This document shows, one piece after another, positions 18,909-28,291 of a stretch of DNA of 64,000 nt. The notes under the pieces were generated by a model. It had not been told where the DNA came from. It ran no database searches and was given only the letters and a program-made list of their open reading frames with translations. Each line of letters starts with the position of its first letter. The first letter of the stretch is position 1. The position numbers and the translations under genes are program-made. This DNA is from an uncultured Chloroflexia bacterium (GTDB lineage: Bacteria > Chloroflexota > Limnocylindria > Limnocylindrales > CSP1-4), in NCBI GenBank assembly GCA_963763775.1, contig CAVXPZ010000004.1:64001-128000 (forward strand), written 5' to 3'.

Positions 18909-19679
18909 GTGCGACGTGATCAACTGATTGCCGTGGGAGCGCGGGAGGACGAACGACGCCGTCGTGATCGCACGCGCCAGGTGCGCCGCGCGATCGGTGC
19001 GGACCTGCGTCAGCTTCGGATCGATACAGGCCTGACCGCCCGAGCCGTTGCCGTCGCTGCCGGTGTGAGTCCGAGCCATCTCAGCCGGATCGAGGACGGC
19101 TCGCGAGAGGCGAGCACGGGGATCCTCGTGGCCATCGCCGACGTTCTCGGCGCGGACCTCGCCGTGAAGGCCTACCCGGGCACCGGACCGCGCATCCACG
19201 ACCGTATCCAGGCACGTATCGTCGAGGAGCTCATCCGCGTGACGAAGCCGCGTTGGCGGTCCTATGTCGAGGTCCCGGTGTATCGACCGGCCCGCGGATT
19301 CATCGATGTCGTCCTGGCAGACGCGGGTCTTCTGGTCCCGTCCGAGGTGCAGTCAGACCTACGACGACTCGAGCAGCAGCTCCGCTGGTCCCAGGACAAG
19401 GTGCGATCCCTCGAATCGGCGGACCTGTGGCGGCGGTACCCGAGGGCCCCCGACGTGAGCCCCATGCTCGTTCTTCGGTCGACGGCACGGACGCGCGAGC
19501 TCATCGAGCGCTTTCCCGAGACGCTCGCGGGCTTCTACCCGGCCCGCACAGCCGACGTCTTCGCGGCGATCACGGGTGACGCGCCATGGCCTGGGTCCGG
19601 CTTGCTCTGGGCGACTGTCGATGGCGATCGGGTGGCCTTCCTTCCCGGGCCGCCTCGTGGCGTGACGTTCGGGCGCTGA
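18909..19679 (+). CDS. XRE-type HTH fused to a PD-(D/E)XK-like domain
   Basis: LRQLRIDTGLTARAVAVAAGVSPSHLSRIEDG HTH; EVPV...IDV...SEVQS resembles a restriction-fold core. Confidence 0.7.
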   Translation: MRRDQLIAVGAREDERRRRDRTRQVRRAIGADLRQLRIDTGLTARAVAVAAGVSPSHLSRIEDGSREASTGILVAIADVLGADLAVKAYPGTGPRIHDRIQARIVEELIRVTKPRWRSYVEVPVYRPARGFIDVVLADAGLLVPSEVQSDLRRLEQQLRWSQDKVRSLESADLWRRYPRAPDVSPMLVLRSTARTRELIERFPETLAGFYPARTADVFAAITGDAPWPGSGLLWATVDGDRVAFLPGPPRGVTFGR

Positions 19680-19710
19680 CCCGCCGGGTGACCTACCGGG
19701 GAACTCCGAG

Positions 19711-19980
19711 GCGTCCGTTGCCTGTCAGGCAACGGACGCACGTTCAAGCCGCGTCGCCGACGGAGATCAGCCCTTGCCGAGGCCGTTCTGTTGGCAGTAG
19801 GACAACGGATGCACGGAATCGGTGCGGGATCGGTGGCACGAGGGCCGGATCTGCACGGAAACTGTCCCCGGGCGGGATCTGTCCTGGATTCGTTGTCTGT
19901 TTGGCAATCAGCGACTCGCAGCCCGTCGCCGGCACCCCGTCGGCCAACTCCGGTCGGCATACGTTGCCTGTCGAGCAACC
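19711..19980. repeat. Cluster of REP-like palindromes (cgttgcctgtc..gcaac)
   Basis: Perfect 14-bp inverted repeat at 19711-19739; related copies at 19891-19909 (14/19) and 19962-19980 (16/19); ccgtt...aacgg variant at 19783-19808. Confidence 0.75.
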
Positions 19981-20066
19981 GGCGGGGTAGAAAGGGCGCC
20001 GGCCCGCGGAGGGCTGTACCGACCCAGGCCGACGGGTCTAGGCTGGTCGTCCACGAAGGAGGCGTC

Positions 20067-20430
20067 ATGAACATCAACGGCATCCTCATCGGCTCCGAGC
20101 ACCCGGGGCCGATGGTCGAGTACTACACGAAGCTGTTCGGTACGCCGCAATGGGACGAGAGTGGCTACACCGGCTGGCAGATCGGCAGCGGGGCCATCAC
20201 GATCTCGGCGCACGACCAGGTCAAGGGCAAGAACGCGCAGCCGGGCCGGTTCATCTGGAACATCGAGTCGGACGACGTCCGCGGCGAATTCGAGCGGTTC
20301 AAGGCGGCCGGGCGCGATCGTCGTCACCGAACCGTACGAGCTCGGCATGGACACTGCGACGGCCACGATCGCGACCTTCGCCGACCCCGACGGCAACTAC
20401 TTCCAGCTGGTCACGCCGATCCAGATGTAG
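20067..20430 (+). CDS. VOC/glyoxalase family protein (frameshift near 20310)
   Basis: YYTKLFG and FADPDGNYFQL motifs; SD AAGGAGG. Confidence 0.85.
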
Positions 20431-20485
20431 GCGGCGCCGCGGCCGGTCGCGCGGGCGGCACGGCGGTCCGGACCCGGCGCCGCGG

Positions 20486-20893
20486 TCAGTCGAGCCAGAC
20501 CCGGTCCTGGTCGTCGGGGTCGTCGATCGGCGACGAGATGAACAGGACCTGCGGGGCGTCCTCGAACTGGCCGCCGTGCGGCGTATTGGCCGGGATCACC
20601 CAGACGTCGCCCTTCTTGACCGGGCGCGTCTCGCCGCCGACGGTCACGGAGCCCGTGCCCTCGAGCACGTAGCCGATCTCGTCGTGCGTGACGTGGACGT
20701 GCGTGCGGAACGGCCCCGGATGGCCCTGGAAGACGAAGACGCTCGACTGACTCGCGTGCCCGAGGTACGTGCGCTTGAACACGTCGGTGTCGGTCAGCTT
20801 GTCCGCCTCGACGGCGGCCGCGACGTCGATGACGTCGATCTTCGTCAGGTGGCTCAGGTCCTTGGCCGCGTGATCGTCCTCGTGATGGCTCAT
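20486..20893 (-). CDS. Cupin domain protein
   Basis: HVH..HDEIGYVLEG and GDVWVIPANTPH motifs. Confidence 0.88.
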   Translation of the reverse strand: MSHHEDDHAAKDLSHLTKIDVIDVAAAVEADKLTDTDVFKRTYLGHASQSSVFVFQGHPGPFRTHVHVTHDEIGYVLEGTGSVTVGGETRPVKKGDVWVIPANTPHGGQFEDAPQVLFISSPIDDPDDQDRVWLD

Positions 20894-21531
20894 GCGGGGT
20901 CCTCCTTGTGGCGGTCGCGTCGGGCGACCACGGCTTCGAACAGGAAGTGGTAGACCTCGGTGTGGCGCTTCGCCTCCCAGACGTCGTCACCCCAGATGTA
21001 CGCGCCGTGGTCGGCGACGACGACCGCGAAGGCCGAGGCGAACCGCGGATCGCCCAGCACGCGCGTCAGCTGGTCGACCAGCTCGCTCTCGCGCGGCGTG
21101 TTCCGGATGACCGGCAGCAGGTGGACGTCGCGGTTCGCGACGCCGCGGATGCCCTTGAGCATCTCGAGGTCGCGGATCGCGACGTGATCGGCCGACCCGG
21201 CGAGGTCGCCGGCGAGGACGGCCGATAGCGCGTGCGAGTGGACGATGCTCCGGGCGCCGCGCTCGCGGGCGGCGAGACAGAAGATCGAGTTGCACTCGCT
21301 CGGGCGCAGGCTCGCGTCGGTGGGCGACGTCCGGACGGATCCGTCGGCCGGGTCCACGGTGAAGAACTCGTCGGGGCGGATGCGCTCCTTGTGGACGCCC
21401 GTCGGGGCGAGCAGCAGTCCTCCCCCATCCGCCGGCCCGGAGATCCCGCCGCCCGTGCCGGACACCCAGCCTCGGCGATGGAAGTCGCCCAGCAGCTCGA
21501 CAAGGAGTTCGCGGGTCGCCTGTTCGGTCAT
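20890..21531 (-). CDS. mtnB: Class II aldolase family, methylthioribulose-1-phosphate dehydratase-like
   Basis: GWVSGTGGGIS, PTGVHKER, PSEC, HSH, EMLKGI, PVIRNT and HGAYIWG motifs. Confidence 0.8.
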   Translation of the reverse strand: MTEQATRELLVELLGDFHRRGWVSGTGGGISGPADGGGLLLAPTGVHKERIRPDEFFTVDPADGSVRTSPTDASLRPSECNSIFCLAARERGARSIVHSHALSAVLAGDLAGSADHVAIRDLEMLKGIRGVANRDVHLLPVIRNTPRESELVDQLTRVLGDPRFASAFAVVVADHGAYIWGDDVWEAKRHTEVYHFLFEAVVARRDRHKEDPA

Positions 21532-21567
21532 CTGCCTATGTTCGCCGAAGCGCGGCCGGGCCGGTGG

Positions 21568-22275
21568 CTAGGTCCGCCGCCGGCGGTCATCGGCCGGCGG
21601 AGCCGTCCCGCCCAGCACGAGCGCGGCCGCATCGGCGGCGTGGCGTTCCGGATCGGTGAGCCGGTCGCGGCGGTCGTGCGCCGAGTGGTCGACGAACCCT
21701 TCGAGCTGCGCGTGGAGCGCCTCGAGTCGCGCGAGCTGGCGCTGCGCGACCGGCACGAACGCCGGGGCGTCACCGGCCTCCTGCCACAACGCGACGAGAT
21801 CGTCGAGGCAGAACGGGGCCTCGGCGGTCGCGTCGGCCCAGGCCGGGTCGTCGGCCCGCTGCGCGAGTCGCCCCAGCGCCGTCGTCACACCGACCTCGCC
21901 CTGTGCGCAGGCGATGCATGGCGGCCGCTTCCGTGCGGCGGTGAGCATCGAGCGCTGCTTGCGTCCCCGCGCACCGACCGCCTCACGCAGGCCCTGGAGC
22001 CGCCGCTCGAGCATCGCCCCGTACAGGATCGACGACCCGAGGATCCCGCCGCTGCCCCGCCGGTCGGCGAGGACGAGTTCGCGCAGGTGACGGCGGCAGA
22101 ACGACTTGGTGCGCTCGAGCTCGCCACGGAACGGGATGTCGAGCACGTGCTCGGCGATGATCGAGTCGAGCATCGCGGCCTCGGACCGGGCGCGGACCAC
22201 GCAGATCGGGCAGCCACCGTCATCGATGGCGGCACTGAGCCGGACGTCGACGATGTCGCGCGCCGGCAGGCTCAC
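21568..22275 (-). CDS. DUF6062-like Cys-rich protein
   Basis: Two internal repeats CPIC...FCRRH and CIAC...FC; GTGA overlap with the upstream gene. Confidence 0.65.
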   Translation of the reverse strand: MSLPARDIVDVRLSAAIDDGGCPICVVRARSEAAMLDSIIAEHVLDIPFRGELERTKSFCRRHLRELVLADRRGSGGILGSSILYGAMLERRLQGLREAVGARGRKQRSMLTAARKRPPCIACAQGEVGVTTALGRLAQRADDPAWADATAEAPFCLDDLVALWQEAGDAPAFVPVAQRQLARLEALHAQLEGFVDHSAHDRRDRLTDPERHAADAAALVLGGTAPPADDRRRRT

Positions 22276-23945
22276 CGCTCGGCTCGGATGGCGTACGCGT
22301 CGGCCGCACCGAGCGGATCGGGCGCTCGCTCGACACGGAACCCGGCTCGCTCGAGGAGGCGCCGCGAGACCGCGGCGCGGGTCGCGCGGTCGATCGGGTC
22401 GTACGGGTCGCGCTCGGCCACGGTGATCTGCGCCCGCTGGGCCGGGCTCGCGGCGAGGAGGCGGCCCGCGAGTCCGCCGCGGCGGTGGGCCGGCGCGACG
22501 CCGAGGGCGAGGAGGTCGCCCGCCGCATCCGTGACAGCCGCGCCGACGACCGTCGTGCCGCTGACGGCAGCGACCACGTGCGCTCCCTCGCGCAGCGCGG
22601 CGCCGATGATGGCGTGACCGTCGGCCGCGTCCGCGGGCGCGACGACGCGCGGCGCCAGCTGCAGTGCCGCCCACTGCGTGACGTCGACGGCGTCGAGGAT
22701 CGTGGGCGTGGCACCTTGATCAAGCGCAGGCGCGGCCTCGGCGCCGGACCGCGCGGCGGGAGCCTGGGCATCACCCCGCCACCATCCCAGGTCGCGGGCT
22801 TCCCGAAGCAGCCGAGGCACGACCAGCTGCCGCGCGACCAGGGCCACGGCCCGCGTCCGGTCCTCGGCGGTCTCCTGCGACCAGTCGAGCGGGAGGCCCG
22901 CGTTCGGGTCGTCGTCGAAGGTGGCCGGCGGCGGCGTCTGGCCGTACTCCGCGGACTCGGCCGCCCAGCGGTCGCGCCACGCCGGCTCGATCGCCGCCGG
23001 GACCGGCCGGTGCGCGCCGGCCAGCCAGACGAGGCTCCACATCCTCGGCACCACGCGGTAGGCGTCGTAGCCACCGCCACCGGTCGCGAGCCACCGGCCG
23101 CCGGCGTGCCGGTGCGCCAGGCCGTCGACCAGCCGGGCCGCGGCCCCCATCGCCGTCGTCGTCATCCGCAGGTGCGCGAGCGGGTCCCACGCATGCGAGT
23201 CCGCGCCGTGCTGGCTCACGATGAGGTCCGGCCCGAACGCAGCGGCGACCTCGGGGACCAGCAGCGCGACCGCGTCGAGCCAGGCGCCCTCCCCGGTCTC
23301 GGGCTCCATCGGCACGTTGACCGACGTCCCGGCGGCGACCCCCTCCCCCAGCTCGTCGAGGAAGCCGCTCCCCGGGAACAGGTAGTGCCCGGATTCGTGG
23401 AACGAGACGGTCATCACGCTCGGGTCGTCGTAGTGGATCGCCTGGACGCCGTCGCCGTGGTGGACGTCGAAGTCGAGGTAGAGCACACGCAGGCCGTCGC
23501 GCCGCGCCCGGGCGATCGCGAGGGCCGGGTCGTCGTAGATGCAGAACCCCGACGCGTGGTCGGGCATCGCATGGTGGAGGCCGCCACCGGGATGGAAGGC
23601 ATGCTCGACGTCCCCGCGCAGGATCGCCTCGAGGGCGCGGAGCGACCCGCCGGCGACCATCGCGGCCGCGTCGTGCATCCCGGCGAAGGCCGGATCGTCG
23701 CCACCCCGACCGATGCCGGCCGCGGGTGGGCCACCGGGCGCGGCCGACAGCCGCTTCACGGCCTCGAGGTAGCGCGCCTCATGGCACCACAGGAGCTCCT
23801 CGTCGGGCGCCGGCTCCGGCGCCAGGCCCGGCTCCGCGCCCACGGTCCGCAGGAGGTCGATCCCCGGTCCGAACCGGCGCGGCGTCAACGGGTGGGCCGG
23901 CCCGAAGTCGTACGTGGTCGAGCGCGGGCCGTAGACGAGCAGCAT
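22272..23945 (-). CDS. acuC: AcuC/HDAC-family deacetylase with C-terminal GNAT domain
   Basis: GGGLHHA, GFC, DVHHGDG, FPGSG, GADSH..DPL and GGGGY motifs; C-terminal LGVAPAHRRGGLAGRLL and LERAGF. Confidence 0.85.
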   Translation of the reverse strand: MLLVYGPRSTTYDFGPAHPLTPRRFGPGIDLLRTVGAEPGLAPEPAPDEELLWCHEARYLEAVKRLSAAPGGPPAAGIGRGGDDPAFAGMHDAAAMVAGGSLRALEAILRGDVEHAFHPGGGLHHAMPDHASGFCIYDDPALAIARARRDGLRVLYLDFDVHHGDGVQAIHYDDPSVMTVSFHESGHYLFPGSGFLDELGEGVAAGTSVNVPMEPETGEGAWLDAVALLVPEVAAAFGPDLIVSQHGADSHAWDPLAHLRMTTTAMGAAARLVDGLAHRHAGGRWLATGGGGYDAYRVVPRMWSLVWLAGAHRPVPAAIEPAWRDRWAAESAEYGQTPPPATFDDDPNAGLPLDWSQETAEDRTRAVALVARQLVVPRLLREARDLGWWRGDAQAPAARSGAEAAPALDQGATPTILDAVDVTQWAALQLAPRVVAPADAADGHAIIGAALREGAHVVAAVSGTTVVGAAVTDAAGDLLALGVAPAHRRGGLAGRLLAASPAQRAQITVAERDPYDPIDRATRAAVSRRLLERAGFRVERAPDPLGAADAYAIRAER

Positions 23946-23964
23946 GCGTGGCACGATACCCGTC

Positions 23965-24363
23965 GTGGAACGCGTCTACACCACGCCCCTCCTCGACAAG
24001 CTCGGGATCCGTCCGGGGATGCGCGTCGCGCTCATCGACATCGACGACGAGGCCATCCGCCCGCTGATCGCGGATCGGACCTCGGATGTCACCGAGGGCT
24101 GGCCCGAGCCGGACACCGACGTCGTGCTGCTCGGCGCCGAGTCCACGGAACAGTTGGAGCCGCTGCGCGCCCTGGCGACACGCATCCGGCCGAACGGCGC
24201 GATCTGGGTCGTGTCCCGGAAGGGCAAGGCCGCGACGCTGCGCGACGTCGAGGTGATCGACGCGGCCAGGACGGCCGGCCTCGTCGACAACAAGGTCGCG
24301 TCGTTCTCGGCGACGCACACGTCGCAGCGGCTGGTGATCCCGGTGGCCCTTCGGCCGCGATGA
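23965..24363 (+). CDS. DUF3052-like protein
   Basis: PLLDKLGIRPG, GAIWVVSRK and GLVDNKVASFS motifs. Confidence 0.7.
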   Translation: MERVYTTPLLDKLGIRPGMRVALIDIDDEAIRPLIADRTSDVTEGWPEPDTDVVLLGAESTEQLEPLRALATRIRPNGAIWVVSRKGKAATLRDVEVIDAARTAGLVDNKVASFSATHTSQRLVIPVALRPR

Positions 24364-24417
24364 CGTGGCGCGACGCGGTCTCGTCGGGCTCGCTCGCCGC
24401 GGGAGTACCATCGCGGC

Positions 24418-24615
24418 ATGCCCGTCGACCTGATCGTCGTCCTGCTCATCATCCTCGTGATCGTGCTCATGGTGCGCGGGCCCAAGACGCTCCCGAAGTG
24501 GGGCGAGGTCCTGGGTCGCGGCGTCAAGGAAGCCAAGTCCGAGGCGGCGAAGGCGCAGGCCGAGATCCAGGCCCGGACCACGGACGGCTCGTCCGACTCG
24601 GACCGACCGGCCTGA
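24418..24615 (+). CDS. tatA: Twin-arginine translocase TatA/E subunit
   Basis: N-terminal TM followed by GPKTLP...LGRGVKE amphipathic helix. Confidence 0.85.
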   Translation: MPVDLIVVLLIILVIVLMVRGPKTLPKWGEVLGRGVKEAKSEAAKAQAEIQARTTDGSSDSDRPA

Positions 24616-24778
24616 CGCCGGTCTCGATCCCGCGCGCGACGATCGATCCCCGTGGCGCCCGATCGACCCCACCGATGACCGCGCCGCCCGACGACGTCAG
24701 CCCCACGCCCGATGTCGGTCCGCCGGACGCCTCGGTCGTCCCGGAGCCCGCGCGTCCGCGCGACCGCCGCGACCGCCG

Positions 24779-25147
24779 ATGGTCGAGGCCGCGGCCGCGA
24801 TCCTCATCGTCGTCGGCGTCGCGGGCATCGCCGCCCAGCTCCTCGCCCTGATCGACGGGACCGAGGTACCGGCCGCGGGCGCGGAGCCCATCCTCGTCGT
24901 CCAGTACCTCCTCATCGCCTCCACCATCGTGATCGGCCTGCTCGTCCGGGCCGGGCGAGCGTGGCCCATCTGCGTGAGCGTCGCGACGATCCTGCTGCTG
25001 CTCGACCTCATCGCGGTCCCGTCGGGCAATCTGTTCGCGATCCTGTTCTCGGTCCTCGACGCGGTCGTGGTCGTCACGCTGCTCCGGCACAAGGCCTGGT
25101 TCGACTCCCGCCGGTCCGCCGGGGCCGCGGTGGAGGTCGAGGCATGA
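24779..25147 (+). CDS. Four-TM membrane protein (true start may be 24675 with a frameshift)
   Basis: Hydrophobic ORF overlapping the mug start codon. Confidence 0.6.
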   Translation: MVEAAAAILIVVGVAGIAAQLLALIDGTEVPAAGAEPILVVQYLLIASTIVIGLLVRAGRAWPICVSVATILLLLDLIAVPSGNLFAILFSVLDAVVVVTLLRHKAWFDSRRSAGAAVEVEA

Positions 25148-25746
25148 CACCGGACGACCTGGCCGCGCTCACGCAACGACCCGAACCGGGGCCGCACCGG
25201 ACGACCATCACGGTCGGCGACCGCGCCGTCGAGACCCTCGCCGACCTGCCTCCGCGCCGTGACGGCCTCCTGTTCATCGGGCTCAACCCGTCCCCGGTCA
25301 GCGTCGAGGCCGGCCACTACCACCAGGGCCAGCTCGGTCGGACGTTCTGGAAGCGGATCGCCACGGCCGGGATCATCCCGCCCGGCACGCCGGTCGAGAC
25401 GGCCGACGACGCCCTGGTCGCCGCGGGCCACGGCATCACGGACCTCATCAAGCGGCCGTCGCCTCGCGACGAGGCCACGGACGCGGAGCTGACCGGCGGC
25501 GTGGGCGCGCTCTGGCAGAAGATCGCCATCTGGCGCCCGGCCGCCGTCGTGTTCATCTACAAACGCGCTGCCTCGATCGCCGCCGGAAGGACGCTCGACG
25601 AGCCGTGGGGCGTGCTGACGGGCGTCGCCCTCGCCGGCCGACCGTGCTTCCTGATGCCCGGGCCGTACGCGCCGACCGAATCGGTCGACGAAGGCATCAA
25701 CTTCCTGCGCAACCTGGCGGCGTCGCTCCCGGTGGATCGCGCCTAG
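25144..25746 (+). CDS. mug: Mismatch-specific uracil-DNA glycosylase (Mug/TDG family)
   Basis: LLFIGLNPS, GHYH...FWK, GITDLIKRPS and MPGP motifs. Confidence 0.85.
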   Translation: MTPDDLAALTQRPEPGPHRTTITVGDRAVETLADLPPRRDGLLFIGLNPSPVSVEAGHYHQGQLGRTFWKRIATAGIIPPGTPVETADDALVAAGHGITDLIKRPSPRDEATDAELTGGVGALWQKIAIWRPAAVVFIYKRAASIAAGRTLDEPWGVLTGVALAGRPCFLMPGPYAPTESVDEGINFLRNLAASLPVDRA

Positions 25747-26033
25747 GGCGCACCCGGCCCACCGCCCGTCCGGCGCCGCGCGGCGATCGCCCGAGCCAAG
25801 GCTCCGGCGAGCACGCCGACCAGCCAGACCAGCGGGATCACGAACACGGCGATGGCCAGCGTGGTGAAGTTCGCGTCCCCGAGCTGCGGGCACGGGCCGG
25901 TGCCGACGAAGCACTCGTCGTCAGCGCGGAGGAACCCTGCCAGGGCGGAAACGGCCAAGAGGATCGCGACGGCCAGGAGGGCGGCGGTCCAGATCAGGAA
26001 CGCCCGGACCCACGGACTCCTCAGGCGCCGCAT
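25743..26033 (-). CDS. Small two-TM membrane protein with Cys pair in loop
   Basis: MRRLRSPW-TM-ECFVGTGPC-TM pattern. Confidence 0.55.
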   Translation of the reverse strand: MRRLRSPWVRAFLIWTAALLAVAILLAVSALAGFLRADDECFVGTGPCPQLGDANFTTLAIAVFVIPLVWLVGVLAGALARAIAARRRTGGGPGAP

Positions 26034-26080
26034 GGCACGGATCACCGCCTGAGCTGCCGCCTGGTCCCGGCCCGTATGCA

Positions 26081-27310
26081 TCAGGTGACTCTTCCGGCGG
26101 GCTCGAGGCGTTGGCGTGACCGCTGCGAGCCTTCGATCGCCCGTCTGATCCCGATCCGTGCTGGGCCAGGCATCACGGTCCCGTCGGATCGGCGTCCGCG
26201 GCCTCGACTCCTTGGATACCAGGCATGCCATGACTCGGCGCCGGGATCCGCCGTGCCGGCGGCCTCGCCGGCGGCCTCGGCCTCGTCGGTCTCGGTCTCG
26301 TCCGGCCCGACCTCGTCCACGTCCGGCCCGACCTCGTCCACGCCCGGCAACCCGCGCCAGAACCCGAGCAGCACGAGCAGGTACCCGGCCGCGGACACGA
26401 TGGCGGTCAGGCGGACCACCCAGAACAGCGTCTCGGCGTCGGCCTGGCCGATGTTGACCAGATAGCCCACGAGGTAGGCGCTGGACGTGGCGAGCCCGGC
26501 GAGCAGGATCATCCACAGACCGGTCGCCGCGGCACGCCACGCACCGGGCGGTCGCTCGCCGGACGCACGCCCCGTGGAGGCGACCAGCGTCAGATAGGCC
26601 GTGCTACCGATGGTCGCCGCCGCCAGGACCAGGAGACCCAGATAGTCCACGACGGCCCAGCCGCCCGTGAAGTCAAGTTGGCCGCGTGACCACGGGACGA
26701 AGAACGTCCCGTACGCCACGAGGATCGAGGCCATCGCGACCGCGGCGATCAGCCAGCCCCGTCGCCGCGCCCCGCCGTCCTCGTCCTGCTCGCGCGCGTC
26801 GACCAGCCCGCGGGCGAGGTACAGCAGTCCGAAGACGGCGATCGTCCGCCACAACAGCGAGTACAGGACGACCCCGGGGGCGAAGAACGGGTTCGTTTCG
26901 ACCTCCGGCGGGACGATGCCCTGGAGGAACTCGCTGAACTGCGAGCCCGCGACCTGCATCACCTCGACGGCCACCAGCAGGACGATCCCGAACACGATTC
27001 GAGGGTCGGTGCGCCGGGCGCTCGGATGTCGCAGGAAGAGTGCCGCCCCGAAGAGGCACGTCGCCACGGGCTGGACGGCCGAGGTGAACAGGCTGAGGAG
27101 GCTGGTCGGGATGATCTGCGTCAGCAGACCGCCGACGTCGCGGAACGACCAGAGCGCCAGCAGCACCGCGAGGACGACGAACGCCCAGGCGGCCACGGGC
27201 ACCCGCCGCGCCACACCGACCACCGGGTCGGGCAGATGCGGCGGTCGCGGGTCGTCCCACGGCGTCCCGTCGATGGTGTAGCCGGTGGGTTCGTCCATGG
27301 GCGTGGTCAA
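26081..27310 (-). CDS. Multi-pass membrane protein, paralog of 27353..28291
   Basis: About 8 TM segments; shared ALFLRH, ARGL..AR and GERP...W motifs; acidic tail; exact stop uncertain. Confidence 0.75.
   Translation of the reverse strand: MTTPMDEPTGYTIDGTPWDDPRPPHLPDPVVGVARRVPVAAWAFVVLAVLLALWSFRDVGGLLTQIIPTSLLSLFTSAVQPVATCLFGAALFLRHPSARRTDPRIVFGIVLLVAVEVMQVAGSQFSEFLQGIVPPEVETNPFFAPGVVLYSLLWRTIAVFGLLYLARGLVDAREQDEDGGARRRGWLIAAVAMASILVAYGTFFVPWSRGQLDFTGGWAVVDYLGLLVLAAATIGSTAYLTLVASTGRASGERPPGAWRAAATGLWMILLAGLATSSAYLVGYLVNIGQADAETLFWVVRLTAIVSAAGYLLVLLGFWRGLPGVDEVGPDVDEVGPDETETDEAEAAGEAAGTADPGAESWHAWYPRSRGRGRRSDGTVMPGPARIGIRRAIEGSQRSRQRLEPAGRVT
26300..26341. repeat. 21-bp tandem duplication encoding VDEVGPD x2
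   Basis: gtccggcccgacctcgtccac occurs twice exactly. Confidence 0.9.
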
Positions 27311-27352
27311 CCTCGGGTCCGGGCGGCCGAAGTCCGCCCGTTCGCGTCCAGC

Positions 27353-28291
27353 CTACTCGCCGTCCGTCGAGGCCTCGTCATCCATCGGCAATCCGGTGAG
27401 GAGGGCCGCGAGCAGGAGCACGTACCCGAGCGCGAACGCCGCGAGGATCCCGATCGACAGCTCGTCCGGCAGCGGCGTCGTGAACACCCCGACCGTCGCG
27501 ATGACCCCGCTCACCGCGAACCCGAGCAGGACCAGCCCGGCCCCGAGCGCCGCGAGCCCCCAGCCCTTGAGCGGCCGCTCGCCGGTCCGCCAACCCACCA
27601 GTGCCACGCCCGCCAGGTACGCCCAGCCGAAGACGCTCAGCAGGCTGATGGCCACCGAGAGCACGGTCAGCCAGAAGTAGGCGACGATCGCGTCCGGCGG
27701 GATGTCGAGCGAGAGGTTGACGAGGTTGAGGACGTTCGTGACCGCCGCGACCACCGTCAGGACGCCGACCAGCAGCCACCAGCGTCGCGAGCCCGGCTCG
27801 TCCTCGTAGGCTCGGGCCGCCAGCAGGCCGCGCGCCGTGTAGATCGGGGCCATCGCCGCGAGGATGCCGACCACCACCTGGAACGCCACGTCCAGTGGGA
27901 CCAGGAACGGCAGTCCGGTCGGGGCCGGGATGATCGCGTCGAACCCGGCGGTCATCCCGGGTGACACGTACTGCAGGAATTCGACGATCCCGAACAGCAC
28001 GACACCGACGACGAGCAGGCGGTCGGTCGACCAGATGCGTCGATGGCGCAGGAAGAGCGCCGCCGGCAGCAGGAACGCGATCGCCGTCGGGATGGCCCCG
28101 GAGATCGCGAACGCGAACCCGGTGATGTTGTCGATGCCGGCCTGCGCGATCCCGCGGACCGCGAGGACCGTCATGGTCACCGACAGGAGGACGAACACCC
28201 AGGTCGGGGCCGGCACGGCCGCCAGCCGCCCGACGACGCCGGACGGGGGCTCCGGCTCCGGCGCGGCGCGCGTCCAGCCCGGCTTGGTCAT
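27353..28291 (-). CDS. Multi-pass membrane protein
   Basis: About 8 TM segments; paralogous to the downstream gene; overlaps the NUDIX-MBL stop codon. Confidence 0.8.
   Translation of the reverse strand: MTKPGWTRAAPEPEPPSGVVGRLAAVPAPTWVFVLLSVTMTVLAVRGIAQAGIDNITGFAFAISGAIPTAIAFLLPAALFLRHRRIWSTDRLLVVGVVLFGIVEFLQYVSPGMTAGFDAIIPAPTGLPFLVPLDVAFQVVVGILAAMAPIYTARGLLAARAYEDEPGSRRWWLLVGVLTVVAAVTNVLNLVNLSLDIPPDAIVAYFWLTVLSVAISLLSVFGWAYLAGVALVGWRTGERPLKGWGLAALGAGLVLLGFAVSGVIATVGVFTTPLPDELSIGILAAFALGYVLLLAALLTGLPMDDEASTDGE

Noticed and set aside
19711-19980. Palindromic repeats as a CRISPR array
   Set aside because: The copies are degenerate and irregularly spaced, and there are no cas genes.
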